NCBI GenBank assembly: GCA_016704465.1 | Contig: JADJAD010000006.1 | Coordinates: 380,021 to 444,020, forward strand | Direction: 5' to 3' | Source of the DNA: Gemmatimonadota bacterium | GTDB taxonomy: Bacteria > Gemmatimonadota > Gemmatimonadetes > Gemmatimonadales > Gemmatimonadaceae | Length of the DNA stretch: 64,000 bases | Shown here: piece after piece, positions 53,334 through 61,989 of the stretch | How the letters are laid out: every line of letters starts with the position of its first letter | Position numbering within the stretch: position 1 is the first letter of the stretch | Made by a program: the position numbers and the translations under genes | The notes under the pieces: generated by a model | Told to the model about the DNA's origin: nothing | Seen by the model: the letters and a program-made list of their open reading frames with translations, nothing else | Database searches by the model: none

Positions 53334-55772
53334 CTACTTGTGCAAGAGCACGTTGTCGACGAAGAACGTGGGGAGATCGCCGACCAGGATCATCTGGGCA
53401 AGATGGCCCCGTGTCGTGAGTCCCGTGAAGGCGGTGAGCGGGATGTCGAAACGCACCCAGTTGCCGGTGGTCAGCGGCGGCGTCGAGGCGCGCGAGAGCG
53501 TCAGCTCGTGCTCCGCGTCGTCATTGCCGCCGAACGCACCGTTCGCGCCGAAGTCCACCAGCTTGATGCGGAAGTTCTTCGGCGCATCGGTCGGGTCCGG
53601 CGTCCACAGGTCGAGGGTGAAGTGGGTCATCGCCGTGGCGTTGATCGTCTGCGACGTGAATTCGATGCCGGCAAAGACCACGTTGGTGTACTTCTTCACG
53701 TCGTTGCCGGCGACCTGCACGTCGGCGACATCGGCCTGGTCCCACCCGGCGGACCAGGTGTCGATGGTCCGGTTCGGGTAGGCGTTGCTGAACAGCGAGA
53801 TCACGTCGCCGGCTGCAAACGTCGGCGCCGGGGCAGGACTCACCGGCGCGGTGAGGGTGGCCGAGGTCGAGAAGTACACGTTGTCCAGGAAGAACGTCCC
53901 CAGGTCCCCGACGAGGATCATCTGGGCGAGATGCGCCCGTGCCGTCAGCCCGGTGAAGTCGGACATCGGGATGTTGATCGAGACCCACGACCCGGTCACG
54001 AGCGGCGGCGTGGACGACGCGTTCACGGTGTACTCGTGCTCCGAGTCGTCGCCCCCGTCGAACGTGCCGTTGGCACCGAAGTCCACGAGCTTGATGCGGA
54101 ACGACTTCGGCAATGCCGTGGCATCCGGCGTCCAGACGCTCATGTGGAAGTTGGTCATCGCCGATGCGTCGATCGGTGCCGACGTGAACTCGATCCCGGC
54201 GAAGACGACATTCGAATACTTCTTCGTGTCATTGCCCGCCACCTGCAGGTCTTCGACGTCGGCCTGGTCCCAGTCGGCCGACCAGGTGTTGACCTGGCGA
54301 TTCGGGTACGCGTTGCTGTACAGCGAGATGACGTTGCCGGCCGGGGCGGTCGGCGTCGGCGCAGCGACCGGCGGCGATGTGGGGACCGGGACCTTGTAGA
54401 AGTAGACGTTGTCCAGGTAGATGGTCGGAGAGGCGCCGGCGATGATCATCTGGGCGATGTGCCCGCGCCCGGTCAGTCCGGTAAAGGCCGACAGCGGAAT
54501 GTCGAGACTGTTCCACGCGCCGGTGGAGAGCGACGGAGTCGAGGTGCGCGACAGCGTGACTTCGAACTCCGAATCGTCATTGCCGCCGAAGACGCCGTTG
54601 GCGCCGAAATCGACGAGCTTCACGCTGAACCTCGACGGATCCTGCGTCCACAGGTCGATGTGGAGGTGCGTCATCGCAGACGCGTTGAACTGGTTCGAGA
54701 TGAACTCGACACCGGCGAAGGCGAGCTTGGTGTACTTCTTGGCCACGTTGCCGCCGACCGGCACATCGGCGACATCGGCCTGGTCCCACGTGGCGGACCA
54801 GGTATCGACCGGGCGATTGGTGTAGACGTCGCTGAACAGCGAGATGACGTCGGCAGGGGCGCGCGTCGGCACCGGCGATGCGATGGTGGGAGGGGCAGCG
54901 GCGTTGAGCGTGATCGTCCCGGACGCGTCGGTCGAGCCGAGCGAGGCCGTGACGGTCGCCGCTCCGGCCCCGACGACCCTGATCGAGCCGTCGGCCGCAA
55001 CCCGGGCAACCGTTTCGTTTGAGGAGCGGAAGGTGAAGTATGCCGGCGCAGCGCTCACCGTCTGGTCTACGCCCGCCACCGCGAACGTCACCGATGTACC
55101 CGACACGCTGAAGGTGGCACCGACCTCGTCGTAGATCGTCGCGGTCGTTATTGCCGGGCGCGCGTTTGCGACCGTGCTGAGGTTCTCGAACTGGATCTCG
55201 TCGAACCAGATGGTATTCCCGACTCCGTTCTCGGGACCCTCGGCGAAGAAGAAGGCCCCGCGCTCCCGCTCGAGCTTTGCGGCCAGCGGGATCGGGATGA
55301 CGTACTTCTTCCACGAGGTGGTGAGCGCCAGGCCGTTGACCTGGGCGACGTAGGGCGAGTTGCCCGAGTTGTCGTTACCGAAGCCGGCGACATCGAGCGA
55401 CGCGTTGGACGCGGCCTTTGCGTAGAACGTCAGGGCGTTGTAGCCCGTGAGGTTGCGGGGGACGATGGCGACGAACGCGCCACCCGCGTAGCCACCCGAC
55501 GCATCACCGGGGGCAGGGATCGCGACCTTGATCGCCGCCGCCCCTCGAAATCGCGTCGCCGGATCGACCGAGACGGCATCGACCTTGGAGCCACCAAACG
55601 CCTCGAACGACACACCGGCGTACACGTCGTTGAAGATCGCCGCCGTGGTGGGAAAGGCCGCCGGGGCCAGGGTGTCGAGATCCCGGGCGCAGGCCGTCAG
55701 GACCGCGAGGGAGGCCACGAGCATGGCGCCAACCAGAGGCGGGAAACGACGCGAATATGAAGACGGGGGCAT
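53334..55772 (-). CDS. Surface glycan-binding-like lipoprotein: CBM-like domain, Big_2-like Ig domain, then three tandem beta-sandwich modules of about 165 aa
   Basis: Inner part of track ORF 53334-55880. ATG 55772 follows GGAG. The lipobox is AMLVASLAVLTAC. Three repeats share ...VISLFSNAYPNR.IDTWSA.WDQADV...KLVDFGANG.FGG.DD.E...AQMILVGD...DNV. Confidence 0.7.
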   Translation of the reverse strand: MPPSSYSRRFPPLVGAMLVASLAVLTACARDLDTLAPAAFPTTAAIFNDVYAGVSFEAFGGSKVDAVSVDPATRFRGAAAIKVAIPAPGDASGGYAGGAFVAIVPRNLTGYNALTFYAKAASNASLDVAGFGNDNSGNSPYVAQVNGLALTTSWKKYVIPIPLAAKLERERGAFFFAEGPENGVGNTIWFDEIQFENLSTVANARPAITTATIYDEVGATFSVSGTSVTFAVAGVDQTVSAAPAYFTFRSSNETVARVAADGSIRVVGAGAATVTASLGSTDASGTITLNAAAPPTIASPVPTRAPADVISLFSDVYTNRPVDTWSATWDQADVADVPVGGNVAKKYTKLAFAGVEFISNQFNASAMTHLHIDLWTQDPSRFSVKLVDFGANGVFGGNDDSEFEVTLSRTSTPSLSTGAWNSLDIPLSAFTGLTGRGHIAQMIIAGASPTIYLDNVYFYKVPVPTSPPVAAPTPTAPAGNVISLYSNAYPNRQVNTWSADWDQADVEDLQVAGNDTKKYSNVVFAGIEFTSAPIDASAMTNFHMSVWTPDATALPKSFRIKLVDFGANGTFDGGDDSEHEYTVNASSTPPLVTGSWVSINIPMSDFTGLTARAHLAQMILVGDLGTFFLDNVYFSTSATLTAPVSPAPAPTFAAGDVISLFSNAYPNRTIDTWSAGWDQADVADVQVAGNDVKKYTNVVFAGIEFTSQTINATAMTHFTLDLWTPDPTDAPKNFRIKLVDFGANGAFGGNDDAEHELTLSRASTPPLTTGNWVRFDIPLTAFTGLTTRGHLAQMILVGDLPTFFVDNVLLHK

Positions 55773-55837
55773 CGAAATAGCTCCGGTTGGTGCGGACCTG
55801 GCGAGCCGGACGGGCGCCGAAACGGGCAGTCGACGGG

Positions 55838-55887
55838 CTTTGTTTGGCGAGCGAACAAAGAATGCTGTCCGCAGGCGCATGTGTCAA
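55838..55887 (-). promoter_or_regulatory. Operator CTTTGTT-N9-AACAAAG (55838-55860) plus - strand TTGACA box (55882-55887) upstream of the 55772 operon
   Basis: The half-sites and 9-nt spacer are the same as at 25047-25073. TTGACA lies 21 nt upstream of the operator (19 nt at the other locus). Confidence 0.6.
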
Positions 55888-56070
55888 GAACAGCGTGCGC
55901 CAAATTCGTCCCGGCGGACGGTTCCAGCCTGTCCGAGGCTGCGCGTTCGGTGGCCGCGAAGCTGGCGCGCCGGTCACCGATACTTTGTTCGACGTGGAGC
56001 GGCGGCACGCGGGCGCAGGCAAGCTGCACGTCACGCGAGTGCACGCCGCGCCCTGCGCCCCCAGCGACCG
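55881..56070 (+). pseudogene. Remnant of a universal-stress-protein gene
   Basis: KFVPADGSSLSEAARSVAAKLAR parallels ILVPVDGSGLSEAALTVAVPLAR of usp 22418. An internal deletion and frame change follow. PVTDTLFDVERR matches 22567-22605, and KLHVTRVHAAPCAPSD matches the 24668-24722 repeat. Confidence 0.45.
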
Positions 56071-56076
56071 ACGTCC

Positions 56077-59000
56077 CTACCGCCGCAACGCTTCCAGCGC
56101 CTCCCGCTCCTGCACCCAGTACGGCTTGGGGAAGGGGCGCGCACTCGGCCAGACGCGATCCAGCGTGGCCCCATCGAACAACTCGCCGTCCTTCATGACG
56201 TAGCGGATGTCGGTCGAATTGCGGATGTCGTCCAGCGGATTGGAGTTGAGCACGACGAGGTCGGCCAGCTTGCCCGCTTCCAGCGACCCCAGGTCCCGGC
56301 CGTAGCCGATGGTCTCGGCGCCGATGACTGTGGCAATGCGCAGCGCTTCCATCGGCGTCATGTCGCCGCTCTGCAGCATCCAGAGCTCCCAGTGCGCGGC
56401 GATCCCGTCCTGCTGGCCGTGCGACCCGAGTCCCGCGCGCCCACCCGCGCGCACGATGTCGCGCACGCCGCGGGCGATGGCTGGGAAGTTGTAGTCTTCC
56501 TCCACGATCATCGGCCGGCGGCGCGCCTGGCGGGTGAGCAGCTCGGTGGGCGTGAAGAAGGCCGCCTTGGCATCCTTGTCGAGGTCGATGCGTGCCCGCC
56601 AGTACGTGTCGCCGGCCGGCGCGCCGTAGGCGACGACGAGCGTCGGTGTGTAGGCAATGCGCGAGTCGGCCATGACCGTGATGACGTCCTTGTAGAGCGG
56701 GACGTGGCCGATGGAGTGCTCGAGCGCGGTGAAGCCGTCGATGGCCATGGTGATGTCGGCCTTGAGGTCGGCGGCCCCTTCGTTCGTCGCGCTGATCCCT
56801 TCGGCCATCGCCGCCTGCAGGATCCACTGCCGCTGGATGCGGCGCGGTTGCAGGTACTGCTTGAGCGAGTTGACCCCCTGCCCCTTGTAGCGACGCACCA
56901 CGTTCAGGGCGTCGTCGTAGGACTTGATCGGGGTGTTGTTGCTGGTGAGGGGGAAACCGGTGGCGTAGATGCGCGATCCGACCATTTCGCCGGCATCGAT
57001 CAGCTCCCCCCACGCCACGTTCCAGCGCGTCCCGCTCGGGTTGCGCGTGGTCGTCACGCCGTAGGCGAGGTTGGCGGCGATCGACCATTCCTGGTCGGGG
57101 GCCATCTCGCGTCCCGTCTTGGGGTGGGCGTGCACGTCCACGAGGCCGGGGATGATCGTCTTGCCGCTGACGTCGATCACTTGTGCACCTGACGGCGCGG
57201 CAATGCTGGGCCCCACCTGGGCGATCCGGTTGTTGGTGACGAGCACGTCGCCGCGCTCCAATACTTCCTCGCCCGTCATGGTCACGATGCGTGCGCCGCG
57301 CAGCAGCACGCTCCCCTGCGGCGTGGCGCGCGGCACCGAGAGCGCGATCGTCGAGCGCGAGACGCCCCAGGTTGCGCTGTCGGCTGAGGACATGACGCGA
57401 TCGGTGGCCGCCCGATAGTAGTGGTTGGCGAAACTCCAGGTGATCGTGCGTCCGCCATCGCCCCACTCCGCGTAGTTGGCGCCCTGTGTGGTGAGGCGGC
57501 GCAGGGGAACAGACGGCGAGGCGAAGTTGACGGCGAGCCCGTCACTGCCCGCATCGGCGAGCGGGAAGACATAGAGGTCGTCCCGATCGAGCACCATCAC
57601 GTGTCGGCCGTCTGGTGCAACTCGCGCCGAGATGCCGAGGGCCTGGTTGGTGGTGATCTTGGCGTGGGTGAGCTTGTCGGTTCCATCCAGGCGCACGGAG
57701 ACGAGCGCCGCGGTGGCCGAGGCGTTGAAGCCCGGGGTCGGATTGGGCACCGCCTCGGTGAAGAAGACGCGCGTTGGTCCGGCCGCCGCCGCAGAGACGC
57801 CCGCCGGCTCGGACGCTGCCGAGGTGATGCGGCTCGCGACGCCGCCAGCCGCCGGGACCCAGCGCAGCTCACCTAACGAGGCCACGGGACCACCGCCCAG
57901 CCCGGCCTGGCGCGGGGACCAGGCCACCACGATGCGGTCCCCCTCGGGCGACCAGCGCGGCGCGGTGATCCACGCCGGGTCGCGGGTCAGCTGCATCGGC
58001 GCCCCCGTCCCGTCGGCGCGCGCCTTCCACAGCGCCCCGCCCGACGAGTCTGACCATGTCACGTACGCCACCCACGCCCCGTCGGGCGACCAGGCCGGGA
58101 AGTATTCGCGTGCTGCTGCGCGCGTCAGCCGGCGCGGGGCCGCGATCGTGGCACCGTCGCGCGCGGCCAGCCAGAGCTTCCCGAGCGCCGAGAAGGCGAC
58201 TTGGCGGCCGTTCGGTGTCTCGCTCACCGATAGCAGCTGCGTAACCGGCAGTGGCGCGTCGCTCACCGAGAGCGGGACCGCGTGCCGCTTTGCCATCCCC
58301 AGCTCGACATTTGCCGAGAACGGGATGACGGCCACCGCGCGGGTGGCGAGGTCGACGCGCTTGATCTTGCCGCCGCCGTAGAAGACCACGGCGCGCGAGT
58401 CGGGGGTGAAGGCGTATCCCGGAAAGACATCGTTCGGGGCATATCCCTCCGAGTCGTCGCGCTGCGTCTCGCCGACCAGCCAGCGGTCCTCCTGCGTAGC
58501 CAGGTCGCGCACGCGGAGCGCCGTCCTGGTACCGGCACGCGTCGCGTAGACCAGCCACTTTCCGTCGCGCGACACGATGGGGCGCAACCCGCCCCCTGCG
58601 CCAGCGGTCATGGGCGTCTCGGTCCCGGTCTGCCGATCGAAGGCAATCACCTGGTAGGCACCGAGGTTCTCGCCCGTGTAGCCGCCGCCGTGCGACCCGA
58701 AGTAGAGCGTGCGCCCGTCGGGAGAAAAGGCCGCGCCGGTGTTGGTCGTCTTTCGGGTCGGCGCGGAGGGGAAGAGCTGCATCCCGCTCCCGCCATTCAC
58801 GTGGTACATCCACAGCGGCACGTTGGTCAGGTAGTTCTCGGCGCTGGGATACGGACCGAAGCGACGGGCGACGATATAGTTCCCGTCAGGAGTCCAGGCT
58901 GGGGAGGAGAGCGCGTTGTCGACTTCCTTGGTTATGCGGCGGGCCCCCGAACCATCGGCGCGGACGAGCCACAGGTTATCGCTGCCGTCCCGGTCGGAGA

Positions 59001-59346
59001 TGAAGGCGATGGTTTGGCCGTCGGGCGACCATCGCGGCATCGCATCCCACGCCATGCCGCTCGTCAGGCGCGTCGTCTGGCCGCCGGCGATCGGGATGGT
59101 GTACAGGTCGCCGAGCAGGTCGAAGACGATGCGCTGGCCATCGGGCGAGACGTCCACCGAGAGCCATGTCCCCTCGTCTGTGGTGAAGCGCAGCGTGCGT
59201 TCGGGCTGCAGGGGGAGCGCCACTACCGTGTCGGCCGGAACGGGGGTGGACTGCTGCGCCTGGAGTGGCAGCGCGATCGTGATGGCCAGCAGAAGACCGG
59301 TGCGGCGTGCAGCGTGGCGCGGCGCGGGGAGGCGGAGAGGAGTCAT
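56077..59346 (-). CDS. Secreted TolB-like beta-propeller(s) fused to a C-terminal amidohydrolase domain
   Basis: Inner part of the 1428-aa track ORF. ATG 59346 gives the signal MTPLRLPAPRHAARRTGLLLAITIALPLQA. Repeated WSPDG/SPDG propeller blades are present. The amidohydrolase part has IPGLVDVHAH and a C-terminal GSLEAGKLADLVVLNSNPL. Confidence 0.85.
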   Translation of the reverse strand: MTPLRLPAPRHAARRTGLLLAITIALPLQAQQSTPVPADTVVALPLQPERTLRFTTDEGTWLSVDVSPDGQRIVFDLLGDLYTIPIAGGQTTRLTSGMAWDAMPRWSPDGQTIAFISDRDGSDNLWLVRADGSGARRITKEVDNALSSPAWTPDGNYIVARRFGPYPSAENYLTNVPLWMYHVNGGSGMQLFPSAPTRKTTNTGAAFSPDGRTLYFGSHGGGYTGENLGAYQVIAFDRQTGTETPMTAGAGGGLRPIVSRDGKWLVYATRAGTRTALRVRDLATQEDRWLVGETQRDDSEGYAPNDVFPGYAFTPDSRAVVFYGGGKIKRVDLATRAVAVIPFSANVELGMAKRHAVPLSVSDAPLPVTQLLSVSETPNGRQVAFSALGKLWLAARDGATIAAPRRLTRAAAREYFPAWSPDGAWVAYVTWSDSSGGALWKARADGTGAPMQLTRDPAWITAPRWSPEGDRIVVAWSPRQAGLGGGPVASLGELRWVPAAGGVASRITSAASEPAGVSAAAAGPTRVFFTEAVPNPTPGFNASATAALVSVRLDGTDKLTHAKITTNQALGISARVAPDGRHVMVLDRDDLYVFPLADAGSDGLAVNFASPSVPLRRLTTQGANYAEWGDGGRTITWSFANHYYRAATDRVMSSADSATWGVSRSTIALSVPRATPQGSVLLRGARIVTMTGEEVLERGDVLVTNNRIAQVGPSIAAPSGAQVIDVSGKTIIPGLVDVHAHPKTGREMAPDQEWSIAANLAYGVTTTRNPSGTRWNVAWGELIDAGEMVGSRIYATGFPLTSNNTPIKSYDDALNVVRRYKGQGVNSLKQYLQPRRIQRQWILQAAMAEGISATNEGAADLKADITMAIDGFTALEHSIGHVPLYKDVITVMADSRIAYTPTLVVAYGAPAGDTYWRARIDLDKDAKAAFFTPTELLTRQARRRPMIVEEDYNFPAIARGVRDIVRAGGRAGLGSHGQQDGIAAHWELWMLQSGDMTPMEALRIATVIGAETIGYGRDLGSLEAGKLADLVVLNSNPLDDIRNSTDIRYVMKDGELFDGATLDRVWPSARPFPKPYWVQEREALEALRR

Positions 59347-59622
59347 GCGGTGATCCGTGGCGATTGACACGAGCGGCGGGTATGGCGGCAGGTCGCTCGG
59401 CGGCTGCGGCGACACCGGCGGGGTGGCGGGGCAGCATCGCGGGAGCGACTGCAGGACGGAGGTCGGGCGAAGATGCGGCGTGGCGCGGGGGGTCGCAACG
59501 CGCGTCCGCTGGCGCGGATGCGTCGTCGCGGACACGCGGGCCAGGGGTGACACCGCCACCTGCGTCTCGCCGTAAGGCGTACAGAATTGTATACTAATTA
59601 CCTGCCCCCATCCCCACATGCC

Positions 59623-61215
59623 ATGACGCACCGTTTCCACTCTCGTGCGAGCGCCATCGGCGCCCGGCTGGCCGCGCTCGCCCTCATTGGCGCGCTCGCC
59701 TCCCTCCTCGCCCCATCCGCCGCGACCGCGCAGCGCACGGACCGGCGCGCGACGCTCGCCGAGCTGGATCGCTACATCCCGAAGGCGCTGGCGGAATGGA
59801 ACGGCGCGGGCGTCGCTGTCGGGATCGTGGAGAACGACTCGCTGGTGTACGCGCGCGGCTTCGGCGTGCGCGAGGTGGGCAAGGCGGATCCGGTCGATGC
59901 CGCGACCGTCTTCGCCATCGGCTCCAATACCAAGTTCTTCACCGCCGTGGCCGCCGCGATGCTCGCCGACGATGGCGTGCTCTCGCTCGACGACCGGATC
60001 ACCCGGTTCCTGCCGCAGTTTCAGTTGTACGATCCGTGGGTCACCCGCGAGTTCACCCTGCGCGACGCCATGTCGCACCGAAGCGGGCTGGGACGGCGCG
60101 GCGACGCGTTGTGGCACGGCACGCCTCTGTCCCGCGACGAAATCGTGCGCCGCGTGCGCTACCTCGTGCCCAGCAGCTCCTTCCGCTCGGAGTACGGGTA
60201 CCAGAACATCATGTTCCTCACCGCCGGGCAGACGATCGCTGCGGCGGCGGGCAAGAGCTGGGACGACGTCATCCGTGACCGAATCTTCCAGCCGCTGGGC
60301 ATGGTCGCGTCCAACACCAGCGTCAAGCAGCTGGCGGGGCGCCCGAACGTCGCGTCGCCGCACAACCTCGCTCCCGGAGAAACGCGCCCGGTCCAGATTC
60401 CCTGGATGGACATCGACAACATCGCCCCGGCCGGCTCAATCAACTCCAACGTGCAGGACATGGCGCGGTGGATGCGATTCATCCTCGGCGGCGGCACCGC
60501 AGGAGGTCGTCAGCTCGTCAAGCAGTCCACGCTCGCCGACATCACCGGACCGCACAGCATCGCCACCCGCGTCGTCGCCGACACGCTCAACCCGACCCGA
60601 CACTTCTCGCTCTACGGCCTCGGCATCGGCATCTCGGACCTGCACGGCGTGAAGGTGCTGCAGCACACGGGCGGCATCGACGGGATGCTGTCGTTTGTGG
60701 CAATGGTACCGGAGCGCAACCTGGGCATCGTCGTGCTCACCAACGTGGCCGGGCACAATGCGCTGTATACCGCGGTTGGAAGCCGCATCCTCAACGACTT
60801 CCTCGGCGGTCCCACGCGCGACTGGAGCGCGATTGCCCTGCAACAGACGCGGCGCGCCGAGGAGGAGGCGGCGAAGCGCGCGCAGGCACGGTACGCCGCG
60901 CGGGTCGTGGATGCGAAGCCTTCGCGCGCGCTGGGGGAGTACGCCGGTATCTATCGGCACGAAATGTACGGCGACGCCACGATCACGCTCGAGGACGGGA
61001 CGTTGCGACTGCGATATCCCGCCGCCGTGGACGTACGGCTGCGGCACCTGCACTACGATACGTTCCTGGGGGGCGCGCCGAGCACCCCGCCGGACTCGCC
61101 AGATGGGGCGGTGGTGCGCTTTGCGCTCGACGCTCGGGGACGCGTGGCGTCGGTCGATGTAGAGGGCATTGCCGAGTTTGCTCGTGTGCGCGACACGGAG
61201 GCGGGCGCGCGTTGA
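59623..61215 (+). CDS. Beta-lactamase-fold serine hydrolase with C-terminal lipocalin-like extension
   Basis: Inner part of track ORF 59587-61215. A signal peptide is present. The SxxK motif is in FAIGSNTKFFTAVAAAML, and YQN is also present. Confidence 0.85.
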   Translation: MTHRFHSRASAIGARLAALALIGALASLLAPSAATAQRTDRRATLAELDRYIPKALAEWNGAGVAVGIVENDSLVYARGFGVREVGKADPVDAATVFAIGSNTKFFTAVAAAMLADDGVLSLDDRITRFLPQFQLYDPWVTREFTLRDAMSHRSGLGRRGDALWHGTPLSRDEIVRRVRYLVPSSSFRSEYGYQNIMFLTAGQTIAAAAGKSWDDVIRDRIFQPLGMVASNTSVKQLAGRPNVASPHNLAPGETRPVQIPWMDIDNIAPAGSINSNVQDMARWMRFILGGGTAGGRQLVKQSTLADITGPHSIATRVVADTLNPTRHFSLYGLGIGISDLHGVKVLQHTGGIDGMLSFVAMVPERNLGIVVLTNVAGHNALYTAVGSRILNDFLGGPTRDWSAIALQQTRRAEEEAAKRAQARYAARVVDAKPSRALGEYAGIYRHEMYGDATITLEDGTLRLRYPAAVDVRLRHLHYDTFLGGAPSTPPDSPDGAVVRFALDARGRVASVDVEGIAEFARVRDTEAGAR

Positions 61216-61268
61216 TTGAATCGGGGGCGCACCTTGCGCTGACCGCCACCCATGCGGACACTACGTAC

Positions 61269-61883
61269 ATGTCACTCCCTCTTCTCCGGCGCCCGCTGCT
61301 CGGCGCCCTCGCCGCCCTTACCCTGCTCGCCGTGCATCCCATCGGCGCCCAACAGCTCGGCCCCGTCGATGGGGCCGACCTCTCCCCGACCGACACCGGC
61401 CGCGTTCGCGCCGGGATGCTCGCCCCCGACTTCACCTTGGAGTCGTTCACCGGTGAGCGCATCAAGCTCTCCGACTATCGAGGCAAGAAGACGATCCTGC
61501 TCGCCTTCTATCGGGGGCATTGGTGACCCTACTGCGCCCGTCAGCTCGGTGAGCTGAGAGCCCTGTTGTCCCCCGCGCAGCGCGCGAACACCGAGATCCT
61601 CGCGGTGTCGATCGACGATCGTGCCAAGATCCAGCTCATGCTGGACCGCGTCGCCAAGGAGTACGGACCGCCCGCGCCCGACTTCACCTTCCTGTCAGAC
61701 CCAGGGCACCGAGTCATTGACCGGTACGGCCTGAAGAACGAGGGCAACCCGAACGGGATCCCGCATCCCACGGTTTACGTGATCGACAAGAAGGGGATGG
61801 TGCGCTGGAAGTTCACCGAGGTGAACTACAAGATCCGTCCCACGAACGAGATGATCCTCAAGGCGCTGGGTGAGGTGCAGTAG
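61269..61883 (+). CDS. Secreted AhpC/TSA (PRX-like) thiol-disulfide oxidoreductase with in-frame TGA at the first redox Cys position (candidate selenoprotein, codon 86)
   Basis: Track ORFs ending at 61526 and starting at 61566 are in the same frame. Read through TGA 61524-61526, the sequence is ...KTILLAFYRGHW-U-PYCARQLGELRALLSPAQRANTEILAVSIDD...PHPTVYVIDKKGMVRW. Family consensus here is FYRGxWCPxC. Confidence 0.6.
61541..61557 (+). other. Hairpin UCAGCUC-GGU-GAGCUGA 15-33 nt downstream of the in-frame UGA (bacterial SECIS candidate)
   Basis: A 7-bp stem with a G-starting apical loop. A possible lower stem is CUGCGC (61532-61537) with GCGCAG (about 61575-61580). Confidence 0.4.
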
Positions 61884-61989
61884 GGAGACTGCTGCGCATC
61901 GCCCTGCGGCGTGAACGACAGAGGCCGGCGTCGGGAATCCACCCCCGCGCCGGCCTCGTCGTGTCGCTGCCTGCGTTCACTGCGCCTGC

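Noticed and set aside
59347-60363. N-terminal 339-aa extension of the 1428-aa track ORF 56077-60363
   Set aside because: The extension is antisense to the well-supported serine hydrolase gene 59623-61215. The propeller-amidohydrolase protein has a proper signal peptide starting at ATG 59346.
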